From a virus (lineage: Duplodnaviria; Caudoviricetes), in the IMG/VR virus record IMGVR_UViG_3300032295_000873, positions 1 through 39,655 of that record: DNA of 39,655 bases. One strand, given 5' to 3'. The position numbers were made by a program, and so were the translations under genes. Positions 37,425 to 39,655 of the stretch are shown here, piece by piece. The notes below the pieces were generated by a model. The model saw nothing but the letters and a program-made list of their open reading frames with translations, was not told where the DNA came from and made no database searches. Position 1 is the first letter of the stretch, and every line of letters begins with the position of its first letter.

Positions 37425-37871
37425 TTAGTTGCAGTTAGGACAAACTGCGTGTTTGTTTATTGTATAGTGGCAATTAGAGCATATACACTCGAAGACTTGG
37501 AGTTCGATAGAATCCTCCAAGTCGAAGAGCCTGTCTATGAGCCATGAGGACTGCTCGAAGAATTCAGCCCTGATAGTCTTGATTTCTATACCATTGGTTC
37601 TATCGTAGTTATCAATGGTTGTTTTTTCTACATGAGTCACTACCTCACTTGAAATCCAGTCATGAGCCGAAGGCTCATCTTGGATTTTGCTCATGCTGGT
37701 ATACATTGGCTTGTATCTGTATATGTCCTCATCAACCAGTTGGTTGGCGATGACTGCGTCTCGAGCCTCTTTGGCTTCGAGGCAGTCGGCGCATAGTTCA
37801 TTCAGTTGCTGACAATGGAAGCATTCGTTCATTAGGGTAAGTTGGTTTTGAACTATGATTTCATTATTCAT
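37425..37871 (-). CDS. Cys-rich (zinc-binding) early protein
   Basis: CFHC..CADC and CSNC...CPNC; RBS AGGAGATAG; first gene of the - arm. Confidence 0.75.
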   Translation of the reverse strand: MNNEIIVQNQLTLMNECFHCQQLNELCADCLEAKEARDAVIANQLVDEDIYRYKPMYTSMSKIQDEPSAHDWISSEVVTHVEKTTIDNYDRTNGIEIKTIRAEFFEQSSWLIDRLFDLEDSIELQVFECICSNCHYTINKHAVCPNCN

Positions 37872-37897
37872 TTCTATCTCCTATTCTATATATTTCA

Positions 37898-38590
37898 CCA
37901 GCACATACTGGCGGTATCCCGTGCTCCGAATGTCAAAGCGAGCGAAGCGAAGCGGTAAGGCGAGAGCGTAGTTCGGGGCATAATCTAGTGCGACTGTATA
38001 TGGCTGTTACACGCATGGCGTTAGCCATGGGCGAGCGTGGTAACGCGAGTCAGCCATAGGAGCATATGCCCCTGCTCGAAGCCGTTGACAAAGGAGTAGG
38101 GTTAAGCGGGCTGCGAGTAGCCGTTAAGCCGAGCCAGAGCGAGGTAGGCTACGAGTGTAGGCTCGAACAGAAACTGGCGATAGCCAGTGAGAGCCGTGGC
38201 CTGCGTCCGACTGTGTGTGTTGGTAGGTGAGCGTATTGCGTGTAGGGGCTGTGCACCGTAACGCTTGGAGCGAACACCAATACTCTTAGCCGATTGCAAT
38301 TCTGCGAATGCCAAAGGCATTCCAGCGCAGAGTTGCAGATGAGGCTTAGAGCATGCACAAGGAACTGACATAGCAACCAGTTCTGATTTTGTTTTTAGTT
38401 TTAACTGAGGCGCCCATTGTGCTTGCACTGGCGCCGAAGACTGCTGTCCGCTCAGCGTCCATCTGTACTGTACAAGAAGGCTCTGTAAAGTCTTATACTG
38501 TTCTAATCTTGACCCCAGATTGATTAATACTGGGCTGAGTATGTATATGTATCTACATAAAAGATTTTCCCGTACAGCAGTAGCAGTATA
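37898..38590 (+). other. Large structured non-coding element (ssDNA structure or ncRNA)
   Basis: More than a dozen nested helices found by eye; two sampled 60-nt lines (37921, 38101) are 60% GC against an AT-rich genome; no credible ORF. Confidence 0.75.
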
Positions 38591-38713
38591 TACAGTGTCC
38601 TAATATGTCCTAATTTGTATAGGTTTTTTGCATGCTTTAAAAAATACTTTCTTTTAAAACGTCCGTTTTACCTGTTTGGACAGATTATACTATATAGAGG
38701 CTGTTTCTTTTCT

Positions 38714-38769
38714 TAACAGTAGCAAGTCCTTGAGGGACTTGCGTTACAGGCTGTATCTAATTACTGTTA
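38714..38769 (+). promoter_or_regulatory. Structured leader upstream of terminase
   Basis: GCAAGTCC/GGACTTGC hairpin nested in TAACAGTA/TACTGTTA. Confidence 0.5.
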
Positions 38770-38794
38770 CAACTGATGAAAACGGGACAGGACT

Positions 38795-39655
38795 ATGACA
38801 TTTACAAAAGAGGGAAACAACCCTCAATCTTTGGCTATGGCAGGAGCAAAGGCTAAAGTTTTAGCCCTAGTGGCCGAAGGCCACTCTGTTCACAAAGCCA
38901 TGGAAATGTGTGGCAAGAAACCTGACACAGTAAGAATCTGGTGCCTCAGGGATAAGAAGTTTGCTGCCGACTTAACAGAGGCCAAGGCAACCGCAAAGGA
39001 TGCTTCCCTTGCCGCCCTAGGTATCCCCAAGGAAGAGATAGACTTCCCTCAGTTCTCGCAAATTTTTTTAAATCAAAGATTGTTTCCACACCATCAAGAT
39101 TGGATTGACTTACTAGAAGATAGGGAGCCTTCATGGCTCCACCCTAGTATGGTTTACGAAAAGAACGACCCAACCCGTCTATTGGTTAACGTGCCACCTG
39201 AGCACGCCAAGAGTACGGTGGTCACCGTAAACTACTCCACATATCGCATCGCCCTCAATCCTAATGTCCGCATAATTGTGGTTTCAAAAACGTTAGTCAA
39301 AGCACGTGAGTTCGTGTACGCAATCAAGCAGAGACTCTCCCATCCACGCTGGTTAAAGTTGCAAACAACTTTTGGCCCCGAAGGTGGTTGGAAAGAGGAT
39401 TCAGACACTTGGCGAGTTGACACCGTTTATCTTGGGAGCGATGCTAGAAATTCTAGCGAGAAGGACCCCACCATCCAAGCACTTGGTATGGGTGGGCAGA
39501 TTTATGGAGCACGTGCTGACCTCATCATTCTTGATGACTGTATTACTACAGCAAACGCACATGAACATGAAAAGCAAATCAACTGGTTACAAAAAGAAGT
39601 TATTACCCGTCTGGGTAAAAATGGTAAGTTACTAATCGTAGGGACACGAATTGCC
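38795..39655 (+). CDS. terL: Terminase N-terminal part: HTH-like domain plus ATPase (630 aa when circularised; absent from ORF track)
   Basis: Open frame from ATG 38795 to the window end; Walker A variant VPPEHAKST; in frame with 2..1291. Confidence 0.9.
   Translation, partial: MTFTKEGNNPQSLAMAGAKAKVLALVAEGHSVHKAMEMCGKKPDTVRIWCLRDKKFAADLTEAKATAKDASLAALGIPKEEIDFPQFSQIFLNQRLFPHHQDWIDLLEDREPSWLHPSMVYEKNDPTRLLVNVPPEHAKSTVVTVNYSTYRIALNPNVRIIVVSKTLVKAREFVYAIKQRLSHPRWLKLQTTFGPEGGWKEDSDTWRVDTVYLGSDARNSSEKDPTIQALGMGGQIYGARADLIILDDCITTANAHEHEKQINWLQKEVITRLGKNGKLLIVGTRIA
39397..39655. repeat. Right copy of imperfect terminal direct repeat
   Basis: Matches 1-259 without gaps. Confidence 0.95.

Noticed and set aside
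26874-37871. Integrase, repressor or DNA polymerase
   Set aside because: No tyrosine or serine recombinase motifs and no PolA/PolB motifs in any ORF
38102-38428. ORFs 38102-38428 and 38149-38376 on the - strand
   Set aside because: No RBS, atypical composition, and they lie inside the base-paired element
37898-38590. tRNA, tmRNA, group I/II intron or hammerhead ribozyme
   Set aside because: No cloverleaf or T-loop, no tag reading frame, no intron core or CUGANGA/GAAA motif recognised

Overview
The window is an essentially complete, circularly permuted ~39.4 kb tailed-phage genome. Bases 1-259 recur, with about 19 mostly synonymous differences, at 39397-39655, inside the terminase gene. The + arm (38795 wrapping to 26795) holds the terminase with an N-terminal HTH-like domain, portal, an Ntn-hydrolase protease, three large probable internal virion proteins, scaffold, major capsid, a block of small Lys-rich proteins, podovirus-style tail genes, a glycosyltransferase and a lysis cassette. 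The - arm (37871 to 26874) holds early genes (SSB-like, SLT, DUF4192, DUF932), an exonuclease, helicase, resolvase, split primase, DUF1599, a sigma-like factor, FmdB and WhiB. WhiB, DUF4192 and the low GC point to a low-GC actinobacterial host, possibly freshwater acI (inference). I saw no DNA polymerase, integrase, tRNA or CRISPR array. The most unusual elements are non-coding. One is a ~700-nt, densely base-paired element between the two arms (37898-38590), GC-rich in its left part, whose wobble pairs favour the + strand and whose loops match stable ssDNA loop classes. The other is a promoter-proximal hairpin (33065-33107) whose loop is the exact antisense of the extended RBS shared by the early genes. 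All pairings were found by eye and all protein family calls are from motif recall; no folding or database search was run.
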